In this document: in pieces, positions 53,386 through 64,000 of the stretch
Numbering within the stretch: position 1 is the stretch's first letter
Layout: the number at the start of each line of letters is the position of its first letter
Origin: Macrostomum hystrix
Lineage: Eukaryota > Animalia > Platyhelminthes
NCBI GenBank assembly: GCA_950097015.1
Contig: CATNEN010000024.1
Coordinates: forward strand, 2,604,001-2,668,000
DNA: 64,000 nucleotides
Direction: 5' to 3'
Notes under the pieces: generated by a model
Databases searched by the model: none
What the model was told of the DNA's origin: nothing
What the model saw: only the letters and a program-made list of their open reading frames with translations
Made by a program: the position numbers and the translations under genes

Positions 53386-53612
53386 CTGAGGATCTGGGAA
53401 CCTGACATGAGGATCTGGGAACCTGACACGAGGATCTGGGAATCTGAAATGAGGATCTGGGAATCTGACATGAGGATCTGGGAATCTGACATGAGGATCT
53501 GGAAACCTGACATGAGGATCTGGGAATCTGACATGAGGATCTGGGAATCTGACATGAGGATCTGGAAACCTGACATGAGGATCTGGGAATCTGACGTGAG
53601 GAACTGGGAACC
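53386..53612. repeat. 21-bp array (GAGGATCTGGGAATCTGACAT), about 11 units
   Basis: Lies in FBXL8 intron 3, abutting the SINE tail. Confidence 0.95.
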
Positions 53613-53614
53613 TG

Positions 53615-53830
53615 GCTGTACGTCTGTTCAGTCCATGGACTGGGGGACGCCACACCCACCTTCAATTACCCCGGCTAATGCTGGTACCCATTTAACAGCT
53701 GGGTAAATTGAAGCAATGCAGAGTAAAGTGCCTTGCTAATGGACACAAATTGTTCCAGTGGAGTCGGGAATCGAACCCCCGACCTCTAGGTCGTGAGTCC
53801 GACGCTTTAACCACAAGGCTACCACCTCCT
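53615..53830 (-). mobile_element. tRNA-derived SINE with CORE-like central domain
   Basis: The minus strand has A-box TAGCCTTGTGG and B-box GGTTCGATTCC. These are followed by GTGTCCATTAGCAAGGCACTTTACTC...TGCTTCAATTTACCCAGCTGTTAAATGGG, which resembles the MIR/CORE consensus, then a tail with the CAGTCCATGGACTG palindrome. Confidence 0.8.
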
Positions 53831-53884
53831 CTAAAACCATCCTCTACTGTATAAGTAAAGCATGAGGTAACAGCGCTGGCTCAC

Positions 53885-54239
53885 CTGCAGCACATCCAGC
53901 TGTTGTCCGCACTTCTCGGCCAGCAGGCCAAAGGCGGCGTACAAGTCAGGCGACTGTTCGTTGGTCAGGATGCAGAGCCGCTTGAGGGTGCGCGAGAATG
54001 TGCGGGCCACGTAAGAGATCTCGCTAGCCAGGCTGGTGTGGGTCTTGAGATAGAGCTCCTCGAGAGGCAGGCTCGGCTGCAGGTATCGGCAAACATACCT
54101 GATGGGAATTCTGGTATCGAAGGTGACACTGACGCGAAGCTGCGGCATTAGGGCGGACACTCGAGACCAGGTGATCTCGGATAGCCAGGGATTGTCCAAT
54201 CGCTGCTTGGTCTCGGCGCTAACGTGCAGGCCGAGGTAC
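53885..54239 (-). CDS. FBXL8: FBXL8-like exon 3 (YLGLHV...LQPSLPL...CGQQLDVLQ)
   Basis: TTTCAG acceptor, GTGAGC donor, phases 2 to 0; LRR-like sequence. Confidence 0.82.
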
Positions 54240-54344
54240 CTGAAATTGTCACAGGCTTCTATTATTAATTCCCGATAAAGGTAAAAAATCAGCAAAACAA
54301 TGCATTTTTTGCTATATTGGTAAGTGTCTACAGTTAGCAGGCTT

Positions 54345-55190
54345 CCCTGTCTCATCTCACCTCTCGCGTGTCTCATCTCTGCCGTGTCTCACCTTTCCCC
54401 TGTCTATTCTCTCTGTCTCATCTAAACCTTGTCTTATTTTTACTGTCTCAACTTTCCCGTGTCTCATCTCTTCCGTCTTTAATCTCTCTCGTGTCTCATC
54501 TCTTCCGTCTTTAATCTCTCTCGTGTCTCATCTCTTCCGTCTTTAATCTCTCTCGTGTCTCATCTCTCCCTTCTTTAATCTCTCTCGTGGCTCATCTCTT
54601 CTGTCTTGAATCTCTCTCGTGTCTGATCTCTTCCGTCTTTATTCTCTCTCGTGTCTGATCTCTCCCGTCTTTAATCTCTCTCGTGTCTGATCTCTTCCGT
54701 CTTTAATCTCTCTCGTGTCTCATCTCTTCCGTTGTTAATCTCTCTCGTGGCTCATCTCTTCCGTCTTTAATCTCTCTCGTGTCTCATCTCTCCCTTCTTT
54801 AATCTCTCTCGTGTCTCATCTCTCCCTTCTTTAATCTCTCTCGTGGCTCATCTCTTCCGTCTTTATTCTCTCTCGTGTCTGATCTCTCCCGTCTTTAATC
54901 TCTCTCGTGTCTGATCTCTTCCGTCTTTAATCTCTCTCGTGTCTCATCTCTTCCGTCGTTAATCTCTCTCGTGGCTCATCTCTTCCGTCTTTAATCTCTC
55001 TCGTGTCTCATCTCTCCCTTCTTTAATCTCTCTCGTGGCTCATCTCTTCCGTCTTTAATCTCTCTCGTGTCTTACCTCTCCCTTCTTTAATCTCTCTCGT
55101 GGCTCATCACTTCCGTCTTTAATCTCTCTCGTGTCTCATCTCTCCCGTCTTTAATCTCTCTCGTGTGTCATCTCTCCCGTCTTTAATCTT
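54345..55190 (+). repeat. 32-bp array (GTGTCTCATCTCTTCCGTCTTTAATCTCTCTC), dimer derived from the 16-bp family
   Basis: Fills FBXL8 intron 2. Shares GTGTCTCATCTC with the 13.5 and 21.6 kb arrays. Confidence 0.95.
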
Positions 55191-55236
55191 CAAATCTTCA
55201 AATCTTCAAATAACCACAATAAATTGCCAAACTAAC

Positions 55237-55611
55237 CTGAAGGTTTGCCGCCTATGCTCAGCCAGATAGAGCATAGCCCGCTCCGAGAAGCTGGCATTCA
55301 TCAGCTCCAGGCACTCCAGCTGAGGGCAGGCCTCCAGTAGCTGCAACACAGCCTCCTTGGAGACCTGGGCAACCAGGGCGCCGTTCATAACGCTGAGCAG
55401 TCTCAAGCTCTCACCGTGCTTCTTGGCCAAAGCCAGCACCAGTTCGTCTCGAATGCCGATTTCGGCCTGGCTAAGATCGACCCGCCTCAGGCCAACAAAA
55501 TCAGCCACTTCACTGAGACTGTTAAACAGCTGGATGAGCGCGTCCGCAAACTCCTTGCCGCTGTAGAACAGAGGATTGGCGCCAACGAAGCGAAGACTCA
55601 AAGACTCCAAC
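55237..55611 (-). CDS. FBXL8: FBXL8-like exon 2 (LESLSLRFVGANPLFYSG...VLQLLEACPQL...RQTF)
   Basis: TCGCAG acceptor, GTTAGT donor, phase 2/2. PLF.G and VL.LLEACP.L match FBXL8. Confidence 0.85.
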
Positions 55612-55674
55612 CTGCGACGAGACGGTTCAATGACTGTGACTATCCGATTTTTAAATTAGCCCGTTGAAATATGA

Positions 55675-56425
55675 GCCAAGACCCTGAGCCAGCAGCTCTA
55701 ATCTAGCTAGACCCTGAGCCAGCAGCTCTAATCTAGCTAGACCCTGAGCCAGCAGCTCTAATCTAGCTAGACCCTGAGCCAGCAGCTCTAATCTAGCTAG
55801 ACCCTGAGCCAGCAGCTCTAATCTAGCTAGACTCGGGCCAGCAGCTCTATTCTAGCTAGACTCGGGCCAGCAGCTCTATTCTAGCTAGACTCGGGCCAGC
55901 AGCTCTATTCTAGCTAGACCCTGAGCCAGCAGCTCTATTCTAGCTAGACCCTGAGCCAGCAGCTCTAATCTAGCTAGACTCGGGGCCAGCAGCTCTAATC
56001 TAGCTAGACTCGGGCCAGCAGCTCTATTCTAGCTAGACTCGGGCCAGCAGCTCTAATCTAGCTAGACTCGGGCCAGCAGCTCTAATCTAGCTAGACTCGG
56101 GCCAGCAGCTCTAATCTAGCTAGACCCTGAGCCAGCAGCTCTAATCTAGCTAGACTCGGGGCCAGCAGCTCTATTCTAGCTAGACCCTGAGCCAGCAGCT
56201 CTAATCTAGCTAGTCTCGGGGCCAGCAGCTCTAATCTAGCTAGACTCGGGCCAGCAGCTCTATTCTAGCTAGACCCTGAGCCAGCAGCTCTAATCTAGCT
56301 AGACTCGGGGCCAGCAGCTCTATTCTAGCTAGACCCTGAGCCAGCAGCTCTAATCTAGCTAGTCTCGGGGCCAGCAGCTCTAATCTAGCTAGACCCTGAG
56401 CCAGCAGCTCTAATCTAGCTAGACT
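55675..56425. repeat. 29-31-bp array (GCCAGCAGCTCTAATCTAGCTAGACCCTGA), about 25 units
   Basis: Fills FBXL8 intron 1 and starts about 9 nt from the donor. Confidence 0.96.
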
Positions 56426-56434
56426 CATTCTTAC

Positions 56435-56784
56435 CTGGTACCAAACTGGCCCAACAGTTGCAGCAGGCGGAGGGCCAGCTGTCGCATCCTAGGGGAGCCC
56501 TGATCCACAGTCAGAGCCACGCCGCCAAAGTGCCAGCCGTAGCGCTCCGGCAGGCTACAGAGCCAGGCGTCAGATTCGTCAATAAAACTAAAACAGCAGC
56601 GCCGCCAGAACAGCGGATGCTCGGAGGCTGTCAGCCATTCGGGACAGGTGCCGGCGGCCCGTATGCGGTCTCTCAGTGGCAGCTGAGCGAACACTCGAAC
56701 CAGGCAGGGCTCGGGCAGGTAGCGCCAAGGCACGGGCTCAACTTCGCCAGTCAACATTGGCTCGCAGGCATCGGCGGTGGCCAT
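56435..56784 (-). CDS. FBXL8: FBXL8-like exon 1 with F-box (WRYLPEPCLVRVFAQLPLRDRIRAAGTCPEW)
   Basis: F-box consensus, GTAAGA donor, phase 2. The four exons sum to 1338 nt in frame. Confidence 0.85.
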
Positions 56785-56869
56785 TCTATTTATTGTCTAT
56801 TCTGTGAAGTTGGATTGCTTGCATTAATAATTATAATACTAACTGATTTCTCCTGCCTCAGTTGGGCCG

Positions 56870-57008
56870 GGCTGTTCAGTCCATGGACTGTAGGGACGCT
56901 ACACCCGAACTCAATTACCAAAGCTAATGCTCGTACAAAGCAGAGTAGAGTCGGGAAACGAACCTCCGACCTTCAAGTCGAGAGTCCGACGTTGTAACCA
57001 TTAGGCTG
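56870..57008 (-). mobile_element. Second SINE copy lacking the CORE-like domain
   Basis: Shares the tail (TGTTCAGTCCATGGACTG..GGACGC.ACACCC..TCAATTACC...GCTAATGCT) and the tRNA head (GAGTCGGGAA.CGAACC.CCGACC...GAGTCCGACG) with 53615-53830, but the middle is missing. Confidence 0.75.
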
Positions 57009-57217
57009 CATATAATGCATATTATAAAACTCATGCCATTGTAATGCTAAATTTTAAAACCTCATTTTAGCTAGTTGATCCTATTTAGAACATTTTCCTT
57101 TTTTTGAAGGTTTCGTAATAATCCCAAATAGGATTTCTAGTCAACTGGGTCAGTCTAAATCCTAATTGGGATGAATAACTATCGATGGATGACGCAATCG
57201 TGTATAGCCAGTGACAG

Positions 57218-57251
57218 TGGCAGTCCGCGGACAGGTGGTCGCCACACCCAC
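57218..57251 (-). mobile_element. Degenerate SINE tail fragment
   Basis: CAGTCCGCGGACAGGTGGTCGCCACACCCAC versus CAGTCCATGGACTGGGGGACGCCACACCCAC in the full copy. Confidence 0.5.
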
Positions 57252-58054
57252 TAGAATTCTCACCCCAGTGGATGCTTTAGGTCACAAGTCCAAAACTGAA
57301 ATAAGGCTGGGTTCAAGTAGATACTCTAATTAGCTAGAGAGATATAAAATTAAAGAATAAAAAGCAACTCAACCCATTAAACAGCGAAGACAATTGCTGC
57401 TCCAGCTACAGCTCTAGTTGTCAAGCATGCTACCGAATAGGTTTTGTATTTGGGTTCTGTCAACAACAGCAATGGCGAGTTCGGTTTTTGTGTTTACTTC
57501 TTTTTTGAAGATAAAATTTACAAAAAAATTCCAGTGCTTTCAAATAGTTGTTTTAAATTGTTTGTTCTATAGTAGAGTGTAGAAAATAAACTGACTACTT
57601 CTATTCTAACTAGTCGGTAGTAGTATTGATAGGACTTAGTTTTTTAAAGAAAACGTTTTTGTTGATGGCTAAGACAACAATTTTGACAAATGAAATTGTA
57701 TTTTTGGAAGAAGATTAAAATAACAGACCCAAGTTAAAGCTAACATTCATAAACAAACACAAGAGCAGCTTCTCAGATAAAAATAACTGACAAAAAACTA
57801 GTATTATAATACTAACTACTATGAGTAGTTTCTACTAAGAGAAATACACCATGAGCAGACGAGCGACAAATGCAGTTCCCCATTTTCAGTTATCGAGCTT
57901 TAACATTTTAAGCATTTTAATTAAGGTAAGATTCGAACTCAGGACCGCACTAATCAGAAGCTGATTTAAAAATAACTGCATTCGTCGCAACCAGATTCTA
58001 AGAATTTCCCACAAATGACGTAGAATGCGATTTTTTTCTATTTGTCTTTGCTAA

Positions 58055-58333
58055 TCAAGAGGATTTTTCACCCTCGCCCTCGCCCTCGCCGGAGTAGCGC
58101 CAGCGCATGTAAGCCGCCTTGGTGCGATCGCGCAGAGCCGTGAAGCTGTCCAGAGCCGGGCGAACGTCCAGCGCGGCGAATTCGTAGTTTTCGTCAATCT
58201 CCCGACCGTCGTAGTAGTCGATGATGTAGCGGACGCTGCGGCCGCATCTGTCCACTATCCAGTCGTGCCGATCGAACGGCTTCTGATAGCCGAGCCAGTA
58301 ACGAAATTTAGCGCGCGGCGACAGTTGGGTGGC
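58055..58333 (-). CDS. HCCS: Holocytochrome c synthase exon 2 ([31 protein letters not shown]...LDVRPALDS...KSS*)
   Basis: Diagnostic FDRHDW and LDVRPA motifs; ATTAG acceptor, phase 0. Confidence 0.95.
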   Translation of the reverse strand, partial: ATQLSPRAKFRYWLGYQKPFDRHDWIVDRCGRSVRYIIDYYDGREIDENYEFAALDVRPALDSFTALRDRTKAAYMRWRYSGEGEGEGEKSS

Positions 58334-58374
58334 CTAATTTGTTTGCGATGGGAAGTGTTAATATCCGATCCTGT

Positions 58375-58650
58375 TGACTACATCAAACACCAGCCTGACT
58401 CCATCAAACAACCTCACTCTATCAAACACCCACCTCACTCCATTAAACAACCACCTCACTCCCTTCAACAACAACCTCACTCCATCAAACAACAACCTCA
58501 CTCCATTAAACAACCACCTCACTCCCTTCAACAACAACCTCACCCCATCAAAAACCTACCTCACTCCATCAAACAACAACCTCACTCTATCAAACACCCA
58601 CCTCACTCCATCAAAAACCTACCTCACTCCATCAAACGACCCCCCACTCC
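58375..58650. repeat. 21-bp array (ACCTCACTCCATCAAACAACA)
   Basis: Lies in the HCCS intron; shares CCTCACTCCA with the 14.8 kb array. Confidence 0.92.
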
Positions 58651-58805
58651 AACGCAGCAGGTAGGATAGCAGTCAACCTTGGAATCAGGTTGACAAAGAA
58701 TCAAACCATTCTACCCGTTGAGTTTTTAGGATAATAGCTATCGCACCTGCTGATAAATCATAAAGCTGCAATAGCGACATGAAATTTCTTAAAAAATCCA
58801 CGCAC

Positions 58806-59330
58806 CTTGCCACCGAAGCTAGCCAGCCGTGGTGTCGGACACTCTCTGGCATGATAAGCCTCCCATTTGAGCACCTCTCGCCAGGCCAGCTCGTTGTTGG
58901 CATTGTGAATGCGAATAATAGCGTTCATGGTGTCCGGCGTGACGTCGGAGTCCTGCCAGCGCCAGCCTTTTCGCACCATGGCATTCCAGAACATCTGAGC
59001 CGACGGGTATTCCCATTTCTCGCCCTCGGCGCCAGTCGCCTTAGGAATGCTGGATCGTTGCCGACCGGTATCCAAAGAAAACGGCTGGCCAGGAGTCGGC
59101 TGTTGCAGAGCGCTTGCTCGTGGCATCATGTTGAGTGGATCAAAGTCAGCTCCGGCGTTAACTGGACAGCCCGAATCATTTGCGGCAGATTCTGCGCCCT
59201 GACTGCTATTACTGTTGTGCATTGGGCAGCCAGGTGGTGGTTCAGGCTGAGAAGATGGTGCCACTGATGAGGGGGATGAGGTAGGCGCCTGAGGCGCAGC
59301 TGCCATGGCAGTACTCTGAGTTGAACCCAT
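58806..59330 (-). CDS. HCCS: Holocytochrome c synthase exon 1 (MGSTQS...GCPMH...GCPV...WEYPSAQMFWNAM...HNANNELAW...FGGK)
   Basis: Two CP heme-regulatory motifs and conserved YPS.QMF and HN..NE..W domains. GTGCGT donor, phase 0. The MGxxxS start fits an N-myristoylation consensus. Confidence 0.95.
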
Positions 59331-60493
59331 GCAACTGGAATGATGTTAATTATTGAAACTGTCTGATTTCTAACTGACTGGCTGGCAGACACTTCATTGC
59401 TGTGTTTGGCCTCCTATAGTGCAACACTGCCTGACTCCAAAAAAGAAACTATCAAAGTAATTTTCTGTAGCCATTACACTGGATAGCTCTATATGCTTGA
59501 CATCCGTTAGTTGCAGGGCTTTAATTGACTATAGAATAATATTTAGAGACTTGGACTAAGTAATATATAATATTCTTATCAACTAGTGCAAAATACTAAC
59601 TAGTGCATAAATTGTCCTTAATAGATAAATTAAAATAGAAACAAAGTTATAAACAAAGTAAGAATTAGAAAGTATATTAATAAAGTTTTTACAGATATAA
59701 GGAGTAAATTATGCATTTTATCAGCTAAAATAGTAATTCTATATCTAGAAAATACCTTGAGAGATAAATAATTGTTGTTTAAGCCAATCATTGCCCCATT
59801 TTGTGTCTTGTTGACGCGGCTTTGCTTTTGGAAACATTAAGCTTGTACTTCATGCAAGTGCTAGCTCAATGTCTGGACTAGACTCTATTACATTCTTGTT
59901 TAATTAGTTTCAAATAGATAACATGTTTTGATTATAAACCAGGATTAAAAGCAGCATCTTAGGGTGAGTGGTGTTGAGTTTTCTGAGCCAATAAAAACTG
60001 TCTCTTATCGTCTTATGGAGATGTAGGGCTTGAAACTCAGAGATAAGGCCCCAATCAGCAACACTCTACTCTACTAGACTAGTAGACTAAGATATAAGTA
60101 GGCCAAGTGGCAAGCTGCTGACTAATTGCTTGTAGTGTTTTTTATCTTTCTATGTGATCCTTAAAATTTTTGTAGATTTCTTTTAACCTAGTGCATGCCA
60201 TGGCTTTGACTTGAAGGATGACAAACAATGTTGATTCATATATCTGTAAAACTCATTTAGCACAGAATTGACAGCATTTCAAAGATAATAGCAAAGTAGC
60301 ATAGATGAAACAAAATAGTGCAGGTGTGGCAACTTGTGGTTGTTGGAGTTGGTGGATGATCAGCCATGGTGCTTAGCCTGGCTGAAATTGTTAAAAAGTA
60401 ATAAAAAGCCAGACAGTAAAAATATTTAAAATATCTCATCTCATGACAAATTGGCACTTTTCAGCAATTACAATATGTTAAAAAATTCTTAGT

Positions 60494-60647
60494 CAAGGAT
60501 CACCAGGTGGAAACCACTAGGAGCTGTCACATTTAAACATGAAAAATGAAAATCTTTAATCTAATGTGTACTTTTTCGCGAAAACCAGCCTTCCAAATGT
60601 TTTCTAAGAAACGTAGTTTCCCGTCGTTCTACTCCTAGTGGTCCTTG
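60494..60647. mobile_element. 154-bp MITE-like element related to the 2296 element
   Basis: Left end CAAGGATCACCAGGTG versus the reverse complement of the right end CAAGGACCACTAGGAG (13/16). Flanks TTCTTAGT and TGTTTAGT match 6/8. Confidence 0.5.
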
Positions 60648-62159
60648 TGTTTAGTATGAATTTTATGATTCTTTAGGATCCCATGATTCACAGGAACTTT
60701 CAAAAATAACATAAGTGCCTACTGCCTTAAAAATCATATGCAGATTAGAAAGACATAACTTGAGTGTTGAGTTACGCTTTGTAATTTTTATATTCTAACC
60801 TGCTTGACGTTAGGTATCTAACAGTAATTTAAGCAGGCACCATTTTTAGGACGTACACAACCTGCTGTATGAATGGAAATTGCAGTCGCTATAAGTGAAG
60901 GAGGCTAGACTTAGTGTGTATAGCGTACACAATGTAGTAGTAGTCGGATTTTGGCTCAGGCAAATGAACGTCTCCAACTTAATTGTGCACCAGTTTAGTT
61001 ATACATTATTAGCAATTTTAAAAGTTCTTAAGATATGAAGGACAAATGGTTTCTGTATTAAAATTTACGATCTTTAGTGGGAAATTAGAGTAGAGTAAAA
61101 AATTAGGAATCAACATTTACTTTGATATCCTAAAGAATTACTCGTAAAATTGTTTCAAAAAAGTGTATTTGTTTTTATAACAAGCAATTTTTCGCATAAA
61201 TTTGTATGCACTGTTTTCCAGGAACCGTTAGCATCCTCATGAAAAAACGTAGTACAACCACTGCCACTACCGTTTTTATGACTCATTTGGAAGCAGGGCT
61301 GAAAAGTATTATTTGATCATTTCTTTTCGCTAAGTATTCTCCGTTTATGCAATTCTCTAACATAAAAAGACGCTTCGGCAATTTGGCACGTTATGTATTA
61401 ATTGTAAGTTATTGCCTCAGTTTCAGATTGCTTCAGATTGTTTCAGGTTCGAGAGATTAATGATAGAACTTTAAATTGTCCATTTAATTTGTCAGCTACG
61501 TGGAATCTAATTCAGGAAAAGATGCTTATAATTTTTTAATCACGATGAAATGTTTCATTTAGTCAAGACATTCACTAATATACAAGTACTCTACCACTTA
61601 GTACTGCATTGTTCCTGAGTTTTGTGGGTCATAAAACATAAATCAATTTAGTTTTTGTTTTAAAGCAACTAATTATTTCTTAAAAAGGTTTCAAACTTCG
61701 GAATAAAAATCATCATGCTTTTTATAAAAGGACTAATATTGTAAAGCAAGTAAAAAATTGGACTGTTTTTTTGTCATTTCTAATCTTCTTTATCGGATTT
61801 ACCTTATTTAACATGGTGCTGTAAATGAATTAGTATTATGGCAAATATTCCATGTCTTTTCTCCACATTACAGTGATTCTTTACCTTACAATAGATATAC
61901 AATTTTTATTTCTATTATATTTAACTGTTTTTGGATTTTTTAGATTTAAATTTACTTGAATCAGATGAAGTAAGAAGCATCTAATTCCTTTGTAGCGAAG
62001 CTTTGCCATTTATTTTTTTCAAGTTTTTCTGCTCAATAAGCTTTAAGCTTTACATAGGCTTACAGAGGGTTAGTGCTAGCCAGATAGAGGTGCTGATTAG
62101 CTAGTAGAGAAGAAATACTACAGAAGTTACAAAACAACTCTATTCAGTTCCAGCCACCA

Positions 62160-62644
62160 ATGGAGCTGTTGGACATGCAGTTGGGCAGTGTGACCCAGCT
62201 AGTCAGCAACAGCCTGCCAGCCAACTCGGCCATTCGACTTGTTGGCCGTGACTCTGGCAACGAGATTCTCCTGGCCACTCAGGATCAGCAGCTCGAAGGT
62301 GCCACACCTGAAAATGACTCCAGCTATTCAACAGTCTACCTGGCCTGCCTACAGACCAATAGGGTGATGCGGCTGGCCAAACTGCAAGGCTGCAGTCAAG
62401 TTCTGTCTGCCTCGTGCAGTCGCGATCGTGCCCGACTGTTGGCCTCCGTTCAGTTGAACAATCCGACTAGTCCCAAGCAGGCCTATGCTATTCTGTGCGT
62501 GAACTGCAAAAATAGCTCAAATGGACCGGCTCCCCCAGTGCTAGTGCTCACGCAGCATGAGCGACCTGTCTGTTGTCGTCTGCTGCGACAGTCGGCAATT
62601 AATGAGCCGGCCCTGGAGTACTTCCTGCAGTTCCGCTGCCTCAG
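62160..62644 (+). CDS. GSAP: GSAP/pigeon-like exon 1
   Basis: 161 codons plus 2 nt, then an AG|GTGAGC donor. IRLVGRDSGNEILL and QVLSASCSRDRARLLAS resemble GSAP LHVLNVERNGNII and QVFSCSVNSERTLLAAS. Identity is low and the comparison is from memory. Confidence 0.6.
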
Positions 62645-62852
62645 GTGAGCGCATTGTGGTTGAACCCCGTTGAATGCGAGTCCATGCGAATCTTTTGGGT
62701 AAACATCTGGAGTAACTATGCCATTGTTTTTATTGTAAAATGCCTGGTCATCTAGTTAGCAAAACCCAATAGAAGAATGCGACCGTGTAAGGCCGTTTAA
62801 GAAGAATGCGAGAGTCGAAATCTAATAGAATTTGACTTTCTGTCCCTTACAG

Positions 62853-63315
62853 CAATGGTAGAGGCACCGTTGAATTGAAGAAATTCAGCCAACCCGACTT
62901 GCAACTGGAAGCGGCGGCAGGAACGGAAGGTACAACAATAGTCCAGCTTCATCAGGTGATTAAGAAGCATGTGATCTGCTGCCAGTACTGCCCGGTGAAT
63001 CGCAGCCTATTCCTGCTCCACATTGACTCATTCTATGGCGATGTGCACCAATTCACATTCACCAGCCTGCACTGCTCAGCTAACAGGCTAGTGTACTCAA
63101 TCGTGTGCTCATTCCCCATCCAGTTGGGCATTCGGGCCAGCCGGTTAAATCGACATTTTAGTCCGGCTGTGCCTGGTGGTACCGCGCAACAGGTGCTGCT
63201 GTACAGCTGGCAGAGCACGGGACTGGCGGCCAACTGCGCTATGCCGCCGGCCTGCGATCACCTGGTCATGCTGGTGGACGGCAGCGCCGGATCCGGCGCT
63301 GATTGGCTGTTCAAG
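62853..63315 (+). CDS. GSAP: GSAP/pigeon-like exon 2
   Basis: CTTACAG acceptor, AAG|GTAGGC donor, phases 2 to 0. HVICCQYCPVNRSLFLL aligns loosely with DFVWAQWDMSEQRLYYI. Confidence 0.6.
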
Positions 63316-63465
63316 GTAGGCCATTTTAGTCTTCTCTAAAGATAATGTGACATCTTTCATCTGACTTTCTTATTGTCAGGCTGTGTACACTCTAACTGTC
63401 ATTGAAAGGAGAAAAGTCCCAACGCAAAGTTTATTTGATCCCGTCATTAAAACCTCAAATCACAG

Positions 63466-63975
63466 GTTTTCATTGTGCCAAATCGGTGCGTATTTACCTG
63501 CGCCTTGTCATCAGATACGGCCATGGCTGTTTCAAGCGTCAAAAATCTACCCCTACGCTGGTTGCTAAGCGATGGTTTCGTTTTTGTTTTCATTGGCAAC
63601 GCGGCGCTTTGCGTTGTGAACGCCAATCCTGGCGCGCTGCCACTGTCTGCCATCCTCCGATTGGACTGGCCAATTTTTGATCCGGCCGAATATCTGCTGG
63701 ACGCCTACTGCCCGGACATTGTGGCCGGCCTGGAAATCTTCTCTGTTGGACGCGGCTGGCGATTGCCGCTCCTGATTGGCCGGTTTCCCCTGAGCAGGCG
63801 ACGGCTGCTGGCCGAACTAGTCCGCTCGGACTGCGGCGGCAGCAGATTCGCCGCGAGACTGCTGCACTTACTGGTTAGGATTCCAACCGACAAATCCCTG
63901 AATTATCCCTCTTCCCTAATGGCCAGTTTTTCCATTCGCTATTATCAAGGTTCGCCATCCTTCTCAAATCCTCAG
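63466..63975 (+). CDS. GSAP: GSAP/pigeon-like exon 3 (gene continues beyond the window)
   Basis: ATCACAG acceptor, phase 0, open to CAG|GTAGGT at 63976. An earlier donor CTG|GTTAGG at 63874 cannot be excluded. Confidence 0.5.
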
Positions 63976-64000
63976 GTAGGTTCACTATCCTTTCCAAATC

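Noticed and set aside
53757-53830. tRNA gene (apparent CAC anticodon) on the minus strand
   Set aside because: The anticodon and acceptor stems do not pair properly, and the sequence continues into a SINE body. Treated as a SINE head.
63380-63568. Alternative acceptor TTGTCAG at 63379 for GSAP-like exon 3
   Set aside because: It leads to a stop at 63566-63568, whereas the 63466 acceptor gives a long open frame with colinear similarity.

Overview
Eukaryotic (animal) genomic DNA with four spliced protein-coding genes, reconstructed by hand from splice signals and protein similarity. (1) A complete 12-exon homothorax/Meis TALE homeobox gene, + strand, 19660-41202, about 599 aa; its intron 10 has a GC donor with alternative outcomes. 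(2) An FBXL8-like F-box/LRR gene, - strand, 4 exons, 56784-53042, about 445 aa. (3) Holocytochrome c synthase HCCS, - strand, 2 exons, 59330-58055, 267 aa. (4) The 5' part of a GSAP/pigeon-like gene, + strand, from 62160 past the window end. About 27 kb (roughly 43%) lies in 20 minisatellite arrays with 15-47 bp units, the largest a 9 kb 36-bp array with higher-order structure. Nearly all long ORFs in the supplied track are translation artefacts of these arrays. Also present are a tRNA-derived CORE-like SINE (one full copy, one internally deleted copy, fragments) and two tiny inverted-repeat elements with 8-bp target-site duplications. Protein style and repeat density suggest a flatworm such as Macrostomum, but this is inference. 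No CRISPR, rRNA or intact tRNA gene is supported. The best leads are the three-way splice choice after the Meis homeodomain, two arrays with different units but a shared flank, the GAATC core shared by seven arrays, a different minisatellite in each FBXL8/HCCS intron, and possible trans-splicing or operon organisation.
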